From NCBI GenBank assembly GCA_003694905.1, contig RFJM01000149.1, forward strand, positions 1 to 33,904: 33,904 bases of DNA, read 5' to 3'. The position numbers were made by a program, and so were the translations under genes. The notes under the pieces are model-generated. The model did no database searches and had not been told where the DNA came from. It saw only the letters and a list, made by a program, of their open reading frames with translations. This DNA comes from Caldilineae bacterium. GTDB lineage: Bacteria > Chloroflexota > Anaerolineae > J102. Below, one piece after another: positions 1-7,938 of the stretch (positions within the stretch are counted from its first letter, which is position 1; the number at the start of each line of letters is the position of its first letter).

Positions 1-389
1 GCCGCCGCAATATCGAATTCATCCGGGCCGGCCAGAGCCTTGGCCAGGTTGGCCTCGGCCAGTTTGAGCCCCACCTGCGCTTGTTCCAACGCCAGTTGTA
101 GATCTCGGTCTTCCAGTCGTGCCAGGACCTGGCCCGCCTGCACGTGATCGCCGGGCTCGACCAAGACTTCCTTCACTCGCCCTGTCCCGCGGAAGCTAAG
201 GTTCACCTCTTCCACGGGTTCGATCGAGCCTGTGGCGGAAACGGTTGCCGAGATGTCCCCCTTGCCCACAACATAGACCTCATAATCGGGCGGGGGTGGT
301 TCTTTCTCTTGGGCCGTGGCCTGGTACGCAAACCAGGAGCCGCCAAGAACGACAAGAAGTATGACTAAAGCGATGAGTAATCGACGCAT
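1..389 (-). CDS. Efflux-pump periplasmic adaptor (HlyD/MFP family), N-terminal part; gene continues beyond the left edge
   Basis: Absent from the ORF track because it has no stop inside the window. Reverse-strand translation from the ATG at 389-387 gives MRRLLIALVILLVVLGGSWFAYQATAQEKEPPPPDYEVYVVGKGDISATVSATGSIEPVEEVNLSFRGTGRVKEVLVEPGDHVQAGQVLARLEDRDLQLALEQAQ... This is a signal-anchor helix, then the lipoyl-like hairpin motif and the start of a coiled coil, typical of HlyD/MacA-type adaptors. Confidence 0.75.
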   Translation of the reverse strand, partial: MRRLLIALVILLVVLGGSWFAYQATAQEKEPPPPDYEVYVVGKGDISATVSATGSIEPVEEVNLSFRGTGRVKEVLVEPGDHVQAGQVLARLEDRDLQLALEQAQVGLKLAEANLAKALAGPDEFDIAA

Positions 390-459
390 GGCTGGTTCCA
401 AAGAGTGGTTGGTTGGAGTAGGAAGATGAGAGGCAAAGGAGCAGAGAGGCCGAGGGTGA

Positions 460-1215
460 TCACCCAGCAGGAGACAAGGCGCTGCCCACGAGCACGGGCA
501 ACAGCCGCGCGCCCACACTGATGCCGGCATAAAGCAAGGTCAGGATGAACGCGCCGAAGCCTCCCAGGCGGCCGAGTACGCGCAGCAGCAGATAGACCAG
601 CACCAGATGCCAGAGCGCAAACAAGTCAACCTGGCTCGCCGCAAGATACAAGGGATTACGCTGGTCGGCCGCGACATCGCCGGAGGCGACGAAGTAGGAC
701 AGACCCGGATAGCGAACCATAGCGTTATTGACCGCGGCCCAGGCCGCCTGCAAGAAAGAACGGAGCGCGAAAGGTGTCCAGGTCCAGACCAGGGCCGACC
801 AGAGGCTCCCGGCTTTGATGGGGCCACTGGCGATGGCCGTGCCGAAATAAAGAATGCCAAGGGCCAGAATCCAGCCGGCTACCAGCCCTACCGCCATCGA
901 CACCGTGCCCGACCCCAGCATGAAACCCGGCCGCGTCAGACGCTCAAGCATCGGCCGCGCCGCTTCCACCTGCTCCGGCGGCAGCGTACTCAGCCGAATC
1001 TCGGCCTGTCGTGTAGCCAGCGCGATCTGCTCGTCGAGCGTGATCCAGAGATAGAGAAAGCCACCAAGCAGGCAGAGCAAGGCGGGAAATACCCAACTGC
1101 GGGTGTTGCGCAAACCCACCCGCTGCAGGGCCTGCTTCGGTGCAGCGATCAGGTCGATAAGATTGGTGATGATGTTAGCCGGTTGAATATCTTGTTCCAC
1201 AGTGGTTGTTGTCAT
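460..1215 (-). CDS. Multi-pass membrane protein, Yip1-domain-like
   Basis: 251-aa ORF with a soluble N-terminus (MTTTTVEQDIQPANIITNLIDLIAAPKQALQRV) followed by about five hydrophobic helices. The layout resembles bacterial YIP1-family proteins. It lies upstream of and co-oriented with the adaptor gene at 1-389. The family assignment is by eye only. Confidence 0.55.
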   Translation of the reverse strand: MTTTTVEQDIQPANIITNLIDLIAAPKQALQRVGLRNTRSWVFPALLCLLGGFLYLWITLDEQIALATRQAEIRLSTLPPEQVEAARPMLERLTRPGFMLGSGTVSMAVGLVAGWILALGILYFGTAIASGPIKAGSLWSALVWTWTPFALRSFLQAAWAAVNNAMVRYPGLSYFVASGDVAADQRNPLYLAASQVDLFALWHLVLVYLLLRVLGRLGGFGAFILTLLYAGISVGARLLPVLVGSALSPAG

Positions 1216-1321
1216 TGGGAGATACCTCTAAAGAAACGCAATCGCCGGCGCCTTTATTCATTGCCGACAGTAGCTTCGAAGCCAGACAAAATATTATACC
1301 CTCCCACTTCCGATTCTGTGC

Positions 1322-1408
1322 GAACGTGCGAGCGGGAGAGGGTGCGTTTCAAAACGGGGGCAGCCGGTGTGCCAGGCCGGTAAGGCCCTCCCAAGTTGAA
1401 ACGCGCAC
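1322..1408 (-). repeat. Copy A (short) of a GC-rich structured intergenic repeat family, inverted relative to copies B and C
   Basis: GGGTGCGTTTCAAAACGGGGGCAGCCGGTGTGCCAGGCCGGTAAGG (about 1339-1386) matches the reverse complement of 32703-32748 with about 4 mismatches in 46 nt. The six-frame track shows the same peptide RFKTGAAG(V/T)PGR at both places. A second TGAAACGC motif at about 1397-1404 faces the GCGTTTCA at about 1344-1351, giving an imperfect palindrome. Confidence 0.6.
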
Positions 1409-1657
1409 AACAGGATAGGCAGCGATAAAGCTCGTCAGGCAGGGTATCTCCGCGCTAATCGCGTGTCAGGCTTTCGCCGCGCACAGGATCGCGGGCGGAG
1501 AATGTAGACCGGCTTCCCGGCTTGTCTCTATTGCCCGGCACCACGGCCCGCATACCCCCAAAGCAGTCTCCCAGGCGGCATCCATGATTCCGCCGGCGCA
1601 ACCATCTGCTGCCGCAAAAACCCAGTCGCGAGAGCCATGAAACACGTCCCTCACGAT

Positions 1658-1686
1658 TTGACACACAAACAATTATGAGCGATAAT
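1658..1686 (+). promoter_or_regulatory. Candidate sigma70-type promoter of the tetR-efflux operon
   Basis: TTGACA (1658-1663), a 17-nt spacer, then GATAAT (1681-1686). It sits in a locally AT-rich island about 55 nt upstream of the TetR start codon. Confidence 0.45.
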
Positions 1687-1718
1687 TCAAATATGAAGTT
1701 GGATTCATTTATTGAATT
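1684..1718 (+). promoter_or_regulatory. Inverted repeat overlapping the -10 box; candidate TetR operator
   Basis: AATTCAA (1684-1690) and TTGAATT (1712-1718) are perfect complements separated by 21 nt, between the -10 box and the tetR ATG. TetR regulators commonly autoregulate through palindromic operators. Confidence 0.3.
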
Positions 1719-1739
1719 GCCACTCACCACGATACCGTC

Positions 1740-2378
1740 ATGTCTGCCAAGTCAAGTCTCAGCCGCAGAGAAAGACGACGCCAACGGCGTCGACAACGTC
1801 TGATCGATGCTGCCCGTACCGTCATTGCAGAGAAAGGGGTGAAGGCGTTGACCATCAACGACGTCACCGAGGCTGCCGATGTCGCGGTGGGAAGCTTCTA
1901 CACCTACTTTAAGGACAAGGAGGAGTTGCTGGAAGCTGCCATCTGGGAAGACCTGCAGCGCCTGGCCGTTCCCCGAGATGAGCAACTCCTATCAAGACCA
2001 CCGCTGGAACGGGCCACCATCATGTTGCACGAGGCCTACGCGTTTGTCGAAGAGCATCGTCCTTTGATGCGTGCCGTGTTCGGGGCGGGCCACACGGCCG
2101 AGCATTTCCAGCGCGGGCTGGAGCTGATCAGAGAGCGGGTCAGGTACGGGCTCGAGAACGAGCCGATGATCCCCAAAGAGGATGTGCCCTGGTTGACAGC
2201 CCTGGCCTCGGGCATGATCGCCGGGGGGATCTTGTTCCTGCTGAACCATCCCGAGGTGAGCGCAGAAGAGATGACCCGGCACACGTTGCGCTTTCTCAGC
2301 CCACTGGGTGTCATTTTCCAGCAGGAAAGTGGCGAGAAGAAGGGCACAGACCGTCGTCAGGGCCTGAAGGAAGCATGA
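1740..2378 (+). CDS. TetR/AcrR-family transcriptional regulator
   Basis: The N-terminal HTH signature RLIDAARTVIAEKGVKALTINDVTEAADVAVGSFYTYFKDKEELL is classic TetR_N. The length is 212 aa. It sits first in the efflux operon. Confidence 0.9.
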   Translation: MSAKSSLSRRERRRQRRRQRLIDAARTVIAEKGVKALTINDVTEAADVAVGSFYTYFKDKEELLEAAIWEDLQRLAVPRDEQLLSRPPLERATIMLHEAYAFVEEHRPLMRAVFGAGHTAEHFQRGLELIRERVRYGLENEPMIPKEDVPWLTALASGMIAGGILFLLNHPEVSAEEMTRHTLRFLSPLGVIFQQESGEKKGTDRRQGLKEA

Positions 2379-2418
2379 GGATGCATCATCACTCTGGCCT
2401 GGTGTGGAGTAAGCAGCT

Positions 2419-3516
2419 ATGTCGGTAAGTCGGCTGTGGGCCATCATGCGTAAGGAGTTCCGGCATGTCCAGCGGGATCGGCGCCTTTTTTTCCTGGTGA
2501 TCGTGTCGCCTACTATCATGCTGCTGGCTTTCGCCTACCTATTCTCCTTTGATGCCACGACGACGCGTCTGATTCTGCTGGATCGAGATCACTCGCCCCA
2601 ATCACGCGCCCTGGTACAGGCCATCGCCACGGATCCCGATCTGGTCATCGTAGGTGAGGCGGTCAGTCAAGAGGAACTGCGGCGGGCAATCCGGGCCGGC
2701 CGTGTGAAACTGGCACTGGTGATACCCCCGGACTTCGGCGCCACACTGGCTGCGGGCCGCCAGGCCCAGGTACTGTTGCAAGGAGACGGTGCCGATCCCA
2801 TCAACTCGAGCATCGAAATGGCGGCTCTGGCCGCGCGATTGCAGGAATGGGCCCAGGCCTATCAGCCCCGAACCTTGATAGCACCGGTCGAGGTGCGTAC
2901 GCTGGTCTGGTACAACCCCGATCTCAAATCCAGCGACAGCATGGTACCTGCGCTTCTGGCCGTTGTGCTCATCCTCCCGGCCATGGCCGTGGGGCTCGCC
3001 GTCACCCGCGAAAAGGAGCTGGGCAGCTTCGAGAGCCTGGCCACAACGCCCGTGCGAGCCAGCGAATACATCTTGGGCAAGCTTATCCCCTACATCATCT
3101 ACGGGCTGGTGGGCGCGGCGCTGGCCATTGCCGTCTCGCTCTTCTGGTTTCATGTGCCTTTACGCGGCAGCGTGCTTGCTCTGGCTGTGCTCACGGCCAT
3201 TTATCTGTGGGCGAGTCTGGGTATCAGCATCTTCATCGCGGGATTTCTCTCCACGCAGAGTACGGCCCTGCGTGCCATCCTTTTGATCTTCCTGGTACCC
3301 AGCTTCTTCCTGACGGGCATTGTCATCCCTATCGATGAACAGGCCCGGCTGACGGCCAACTCGCTGCCGGCCACCCATTTTGTGGCCATCAGTCGCGGGC
3401 TCTTCCTCAAGGGCCTGAGCTGGCAGGCCCTGGGCCCCCACGTCTTTGCCCTGCTGGTCATGGGCACCTTCTCGGTTGCGGGTGCCATTCTCACCTTTCA
3501 CAAGCGCGTTCGCTGA
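2419..3516 (+). CDS. ABC-2 type transporter permease (YbhS/YbhR-like)
   Basis: N-terminal motif AIMRKEFRHVQRDRRLFFLVIVSPTIMLLAF, a large extracytoplasmic segment of about 150 aa, then about five C-terminal TM helices. This is the ABC2_membrane topology. Confidence 0.85.
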   Translation: MSVSRLWAIMRKEFRHVQRDRRLFFLVIVSPTIMLLAFAYLFSFDATTTRLILLDRDHSPQSRALVQAIATDPDLVIVGEAVSQEELRRAIRAGRVKLALVIPPDFGATLAAGRQAQVLLQGDGADPINSSIEMAALAARLQEWAQAYQPRTLIAPVEVRTLVWYNPDLKSSDSMVPALLAVVLILPAMAVGLAVTREKELGSFESLATTPVRASEYILGKLIPYIIYGLVGAALAIAVSLFWFHVPLRGSVLALAVLTAIYLWASLGISIFIAGFLSTQSTALRAILLIFLVPSFFLTGIVIPIDEQARLTANSLPATHFVAISRGLFLKGLSWQALGPHVFALLVMGTFSVAGAILTFHKRVR

Positions 3517-3523
3517 CTTCACC

Positions 3524-4636
3524 ATGCTTCGCCAAATCACAAACCTGGCCTGGAAAGAGCTTCTGCAGTTGCGGCGTGACCGTTTCCTTATTCTCTTTCT
3601 GATCCTGGCGCCCTCACTGCAACTGATCCTTATCTCGCGCAATACCGCGCAGGGACTAAAGGACCTGCCCGTGGCGGTACTCGACCAGAGCCGCACGGCC
3701 ATCAGCCGCGAGATTGTCCATGCGCTGGACAATACCCGCGAGTTGAAGATCGCGTATTATCCCGACAACCGCCGCCAGTTGAACGATCTGCTCCTGAGCG
3801 GAGACGCCAAAGTTGCGGTGGTGATCCCCCCGGACTTCAGCCGCTCCTTTTTCCGCACGACCGAAACAGCCCAGATTCAGGCCCTGGCCGACGGCACGAA
3901 CATCCTCATCGGCAGCAATGCCGGCGCGGTGGTGGAAGGGGTGATTGGACAGGTGGTCAAACGCCATTTTGGCACCCGCGTCTCGGCTTCGCTAGGCGGC
4001 ATCCAGGTCGAGACCAGTGCCCTGTTCAACCCCGCCATCAACTATCAATGGTTCGCCATCCCCTCCACACTGGCCTTCATCACCTACCAGGTGGCACTGG
4101 TCATTGCGGCTACCGGTTTCGTACGCGAGAAGGAACTGGGCACCATGGAGCAGCTCATCATCACCCCCATTCGCAAGTTCGAGCTGATCCTGGGCAAGGC
4201 CCTGCCGGCAATACTGTTGGGGATCTTCAACTTCCTGCTGTTGATGGCCGTGCAGACCTATGGCTATGGGATTCCCTTGCGCGGGGACTTTTCTCTGCTG
4301 TTGGGCATTGCGGTGATCTTTGTCACCGCCATCGTGGCTCAGGGCACGGTCATTTCCGTCCTGACCCAGAGCCAGCAGCAGGCGGTACTGCTGGTATTCC
4401 TCTTCGCCATTTTCGAAGTCACCATCAGCGGCTACCTGGTGCCGCTGGAGAACATGCCCCTGATCATGCGCGCTCTGGCGGAGATCTCCGCGCTCCAACA
4501 CTTCATGACCGTGATGCGGGCCGTGGCCCTGCGGGGTGCCGACCTGAGTATGATTTGGCAGCATGTACTGGCCATCGTCGCCTTTGGCGCGGGCATGCTT
4601 CTCGTCGCCTGGAATCGCCTGACCCGAACCGTGTAG
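3524..4636 (+). CDS. ABC-2 type transporter permease (second paralog)
   Basis: The start was moved to the ATG at 3524 (MLRQITNLAWKELLQLRRDRFLILFLILAP), 8 nt after the previous stop. The track ORF start at 3446 would overlap the upstream gene. Same topology as the preceding permease. Confidence 0.85.
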   Translation: MLRQITNLAWKELLQLRRDRFLILFLILAPSLQLILISRNTAQGLKDLPVAVLDQSRTAISREIVHALDNTRELKIAYYPDNRRQLNDLLLSGDAKVAVVIPPDFSRSFFRTTETAQIQALADGTNILIGSNAGAVVEGVIGQVVKRHFGTRVSASLGGIQVETSALFNPAINYQWFAIPSTLAFITYQVALVIAATGFVREKELGTMEQLIITPIRKFELILGKALPAILLGIFNFLLLMAVQTYGYGIPLRGDFSLLLGIAVIFVTAIVAQGTVISVLTQSQQQAVLLVFLFAIFEVTISGYLVPLENMPLIMRALAEISALQHFMTVMRAVALRGADLSMIWQHVLAIVAFGAGMLLVAWNRLTRTV

Positions 4637-4640
4637 TGCC

Positions 4641-5561
4641 ATGTCTGCGATTGTCGCCTCTCACCTCCATCGTCGTTTCGGACAGGTCGAAGCCGTGGTC
4701 GATCTCAGCCTCGCCGTCGAGGATGGGGAGATCTACGGTCTCATCGGGCCGGACGGCGCCGGCAAGACGACCACCTTGCGCATGCTGGCGGCCGTACTCA
4801 AGCCCACGGGCGGCACTGCCACCGTGGCCGGCTACGACGTCGTCCGCCAATCGGAACGCCTGCGTCGGCTGGTGGGCTACATGCCCCAGCACTTCAGCCT
4901 TTACGGCGACCTTTCGGTCATGGAAAACCTGACCTTTTTCGCGGACATCTTCGGTGTGCGCGGTCGCGAACGCCGCGAACGCATCGAACGGCTGTTGCAC
5001 TTCGCACAGTTGGAGGCGTTCACCGGACGGGCTGCGGCTCATCTCTCCGGCGGCATGAAGAAGAAGCTGGCCCTGGCCTGTTGCCTGATTCATCGTCCCC
5101 AAGTGTTGCTGTTGGATGAACCCACCAACGGGGTGGATCCGGTAAGCCGACGCGAGTTCTGGGACATTCTTGGCGACCTGCATCTCGAGGGAGTCACCAT
5201 CCTCGTCACCACGCCCTACATGGATGAAGCCGAGCGGTGTAACCAGGTGGGGCTCATGCATGCCGGTCGTATCATACGCCAGGGTGCACCCGCCGAGTTG
5301 CGCAGCCTGACGCCCGGTGTGATGCTGGCCGTGTATACACCCCACCTGCTGCAGGCCGAGGCCGTGCTGCCCGAGGCTCCGGGCTACCTGGCACACCAGG
5401 TCTACGGCGACCGCGTGCACGTCTTCTTGCAGGAGGAGCATGCCGACCCCTCCCGCCTGCAAGAGTTCCTGCGCGCCCGCGACATCGTCGTGCAACTGGT
5501 ACGCCGCGATACGCCGCGGCTGGAAGAAGCATTTGTCCATCTCATGAGCCGGGAATCGTGA
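4641..5561 (+). CDS. ABC transporter ATP-binding protein
   Basis: Walker A GPDGAGKTT, Q-loop, signature LSGGMKKKL, Walker B LLLLDEPTNGVD. Confidence 0.93.
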   Translation: MSAIVASHLHRRFGQVEAVVDLSLAVEDGEIYGLIGPDGAGKTTTLRMLAAVLKPTGGTATVAGYDVVRQSERLRRLVGYMPQHFSLYGDLSVMENLTFFADIFGVRGRERRERIERLLHFAQLEAFTGRAAAHLSGGMKKKLALACCLIHRPQVLLLDEPTNGVDPVSRREFWDILGDLHLEGVTILVTTPYMDEAERCNQVGLMHAGRIIRQGAPAELRSLTPGVMLAVYTPHLLQAEAVLPEAPGYLAHQVYGDRVHVFLQEEHADPSRLQEFLRARDIVVQLVRRDTPRLEEAFVHLMSRES

Positions 5562-5571
5562 AGGAATCACT

Positions 5572-6537
5572 ATGGCATCAGCCGTTGTTGTCGTTGAGAA
5601 TCTGACCAAGAAGTTCGGCGACTTTACTGCCGTGGATCATATTACCTTCCAGGTGCAACGTGGTGAGATCTTCGGTTTCCTGGGCCCCAACGGCTCGGGT
5701 AAGACCACCACCATCCGCATGCTACTGGGCATTCTGCCCCCCACCGCGGGAGAGATGCGCGTGCTGGATATCGACGTAGCCCGCAGGCCCCAGGATATTG
5801 CCCGTCGCGTGGGCTACATGAGCCAGAAGTTCAGTCTCTATCCCGACCTGACCGTGGACGAAAACCTGACCTTCTACGGCCGCACATACGGTCTGCATGG
5901 CAGGCGCTTGCGCCGGCGCAAACAGGAGGTGTTGGAACTGATCGAGTTGGATGCCATCCGCTCGCAGCTCACCGCCAATCTCTCCGGTGGCTGGCAACAG
6001 CGCCTGGCGCTGGGTGCCGCCATCCTCCATCAGCCCGAGTTGCTCTTTCTCGATGAGCCGACCGCGGGGGTGGATCCGGTCAGTCGGCGCAATTTCTGGC
6101 GCCTGCTCTATACACTGGCCGATAGAGGAGCCACCATCTTCGTGACCACCCACTACATGGAAGAGGCCGAACAGTGCCACCGGCTGGCGTTCATCCATCG
6201 CGGTCGCCTGATCGCAGACGGCGCGCCGGCAAAAATCAAGCAGGAACGCATGCCCGGCGAAGTCCTGGAGATCATCTGCGACCATCCTCAGCGGGCTTTG
6301 CAGGCCTTGCGCCAGGCCGGGTTGGCCGACGTGGCTCTTTACGGCGAGCGCCTGCACGCGGCGGCACCGAACCTCGCCGCGCGGACTCAGGAGATCGAAG
6401 ATTTGCTACTCCAGGCGGAAGCGGGACCGCGAACCATTCGCGTGATCCCGCCCTCCCTCGAGGACGTGTTCATCGCCAATGTACGTCAATCTCATGTCTC
6501 CCCGGCCCAGACCGGGGACGGAGGTTCTGCTGAATGA
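5572..6537 (+). CDS. ABC transporter ATP-binding protein (second paralog)
   Basis: Walker A GPNGSGKTT, signature LSGGWQQRL, Walker B LLFLDEPTAGVD, H-loop TTHYMEEA. Confidence 0.93.
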   Translation: MASAVVVVENLTKKFGDFTAVDHITFQVQRGEIFGFLGPNGSGKTTTIRMLLGILPPTAGEMRVLDIDVARRPQDIARRVGYMSQKFSLYPDLTVDENLTFYGRTYGLHGRRLRRRKQEVLELIELDAIRSQLTANLSGGWQQRLALGAAILHQPELLFLDEPTAGVDPVSRRNFWRLLYTLADRGATIFVTTHYMEEAEQCHRLAFIHRGRLIADGAPAKIKQERMPGEVLEIICDHPQRALQALRQAGLADVALYGERLHAAAPNLAARTQEIEDLLLQAEAGPRTIRVIPPSLEDVFIANVRQSHVSPAQTGDGGSAE

Positions 6538-7859
6538 GAAAACAGATGCTTTCCCTGTCGCTGCTGGTTCTGGCCCTTTTTCTGGGCGGGTGCCAGACGC
6601 GACTTCCCGTGCGTACATCCCAGCGTGCTGCTCCCACGCGCCTGACCGGTTTTCTGGAAGCGGGCGACATCGATGTGGCCTTCGAAACCGGCGGGCGCAT
6701 CGCCGAAATCCTGGTGGACGAGGGCGAGTCGGTGACATCCGGCCAGCTGCTGGCGCGCCTGGACGACAGCCTGCTGGCATTGCAACTGGCCGCGGCCAGG
6801 GCCGATGTGGTCGAGGCAGAAGCCAAGCTGGCCCAACTGCAGGCAGCAGTGCGACCGGTGGATGTAAAGCTGGCCGAGGCTCGCGTACAGTATGCCGAAG
6901 TAGCGCTGGAAGCCGCCGAACAGGCTCTGGCCGACGCTATTGCCCTGCGCGATAACCCCCAGCAACTGGATCTGGAGATCGCCCAGGCGCAGGCCGAGTG
7001 GGAAGAGGCCAAGGCCCACGCGCGTGCAGCCCGCCATCAGGCCGAGGCCGCGGATCTCAATGCCCAGATGTGGGGCGCCATCGCACAGGACCTGGGCAAG
7101 GGTATTCAGGTTCCCCTGCCGGGCGGTGGGATGACTACGGTGGCTGCACCCGCCGACAAGGTGGCCTATGCCAATCAGCAATGGAACCTGGCCAACCAGG
7201 CCGCGTGGCGAGCCTGGCAGGACGCGTACGCCGCCGAGGCAAATGTTGAACTGGCCGCAGCCAAGTTGAAGGACCTGAAAAACACGCGCGCCAACCCTCT
7301 CGAAGCCGAGGCACGTGTGGTCGAAGCCACCAACGCCCGCGACGAAGCCAAAGCGGCCCTCGTACAGGCTCAGGCCGCGCTGGATGCCGTCAAGGCCGGC
7401 CCGACTTCCGCCCAGCTTCGCGCCGCCGAGGCCGCGGTTGAGCAGGCCCAGAGCAGGGTCGAGGCCCTGAGATTGCGCCTGGAGCAGACCCGCCTCTATG
7501 CTCCGGCCGACGGTGCGATCGCCACGCGATTCTACGCCCCCGGCGAGGTGGTGGCCGCAGGTGAGCCCGTGTTCGACCTGCAGCCACCCCATTATCTCGA
7601 GATCACCGTGTATGTACCTGCCTCGATGTTGGACGCCATCGGCCTGGGCCAGAGCTACCCCATCCGGGTGGATACCGCGCCCGGACGCGAGTTTGAGGCC
7701 GTGGTCCTGCATATCAATGATGAACCCGAATACACCCTGCGTCAGGCGCAGAATGTGGCCGAACGTGAAGCCATGGTCTACGCCGTGCGCCTGCGCATCG
7801 ACAACCCCGACCCGGCGCTGCGGCCGGGCATGCCGGCAGACGTTATCCTGGAGGATTGA
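6534..7859 (+). CDS. HlyD-family periplasmic adaptor, probable lipoprotein
   Basis: The start overlaps the upstream stop (ATGA). Lipobox-like LFLGGC follows a hydrophobic signal. Lipoyl-like hairpin GRIAEILVDEGESVTSGQLLARLDD, a long Ala/Gln/Glu coiled coil, and a C-terminal beta-barrel ending LRPGMPADVIL. Confidence 0.85.
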   Translation: MRKQMLSLSLLVLALFLGGCQTRLPVRTSQRAAPTRLTGFLEAGDIDVAFETGGRIAEILVDEGESVTSGQLLARLDDSLLALQLAAARADVVEAEAKLAQLQAAVRPVDVKLAEARVQYAEVALEAAEQALADAIALRDNPQQLDLEIAQAQAEWEEAKAHARAARHQAEAADLNAQMWGAIAQDLGKGIQVPLPGGGMTTVAAPADKVAYANQQWNLANQAAWRAWQDAYAAEANVELAAAKLKDLKNTRANPLEAEARVVEATNARDEAKAALVQAQAALDAVKAGPTSAQLRAAEAAVEQAQSRVEALRLRLEQTRLYAPADGAIATRFYAPGEVVAAGEPVFDLQPPHYLEITVYVPASMLDAIGLGQSYPIRVDTAPGREFEAVVLHINDEPEYTLRQAQNVAEREAMVYAVRLRIDNPDPALRPGMPADVILED

Positions 7860-7938
7860 GTCGCCTGACCGACTCCGACCTATCTGCTGCCGCGAGCCAC
7901 TGCAGCCCGTGTGATTCGCAAACATTGCCGAGAAACCC

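Noticed and set aside
4503-5609. 368-aa minus-strand ORF
   Set aside because: It is antisense to the first ABC ATPase, which has Walker A, signature and Walker B motifs. It is a shadow ORF.
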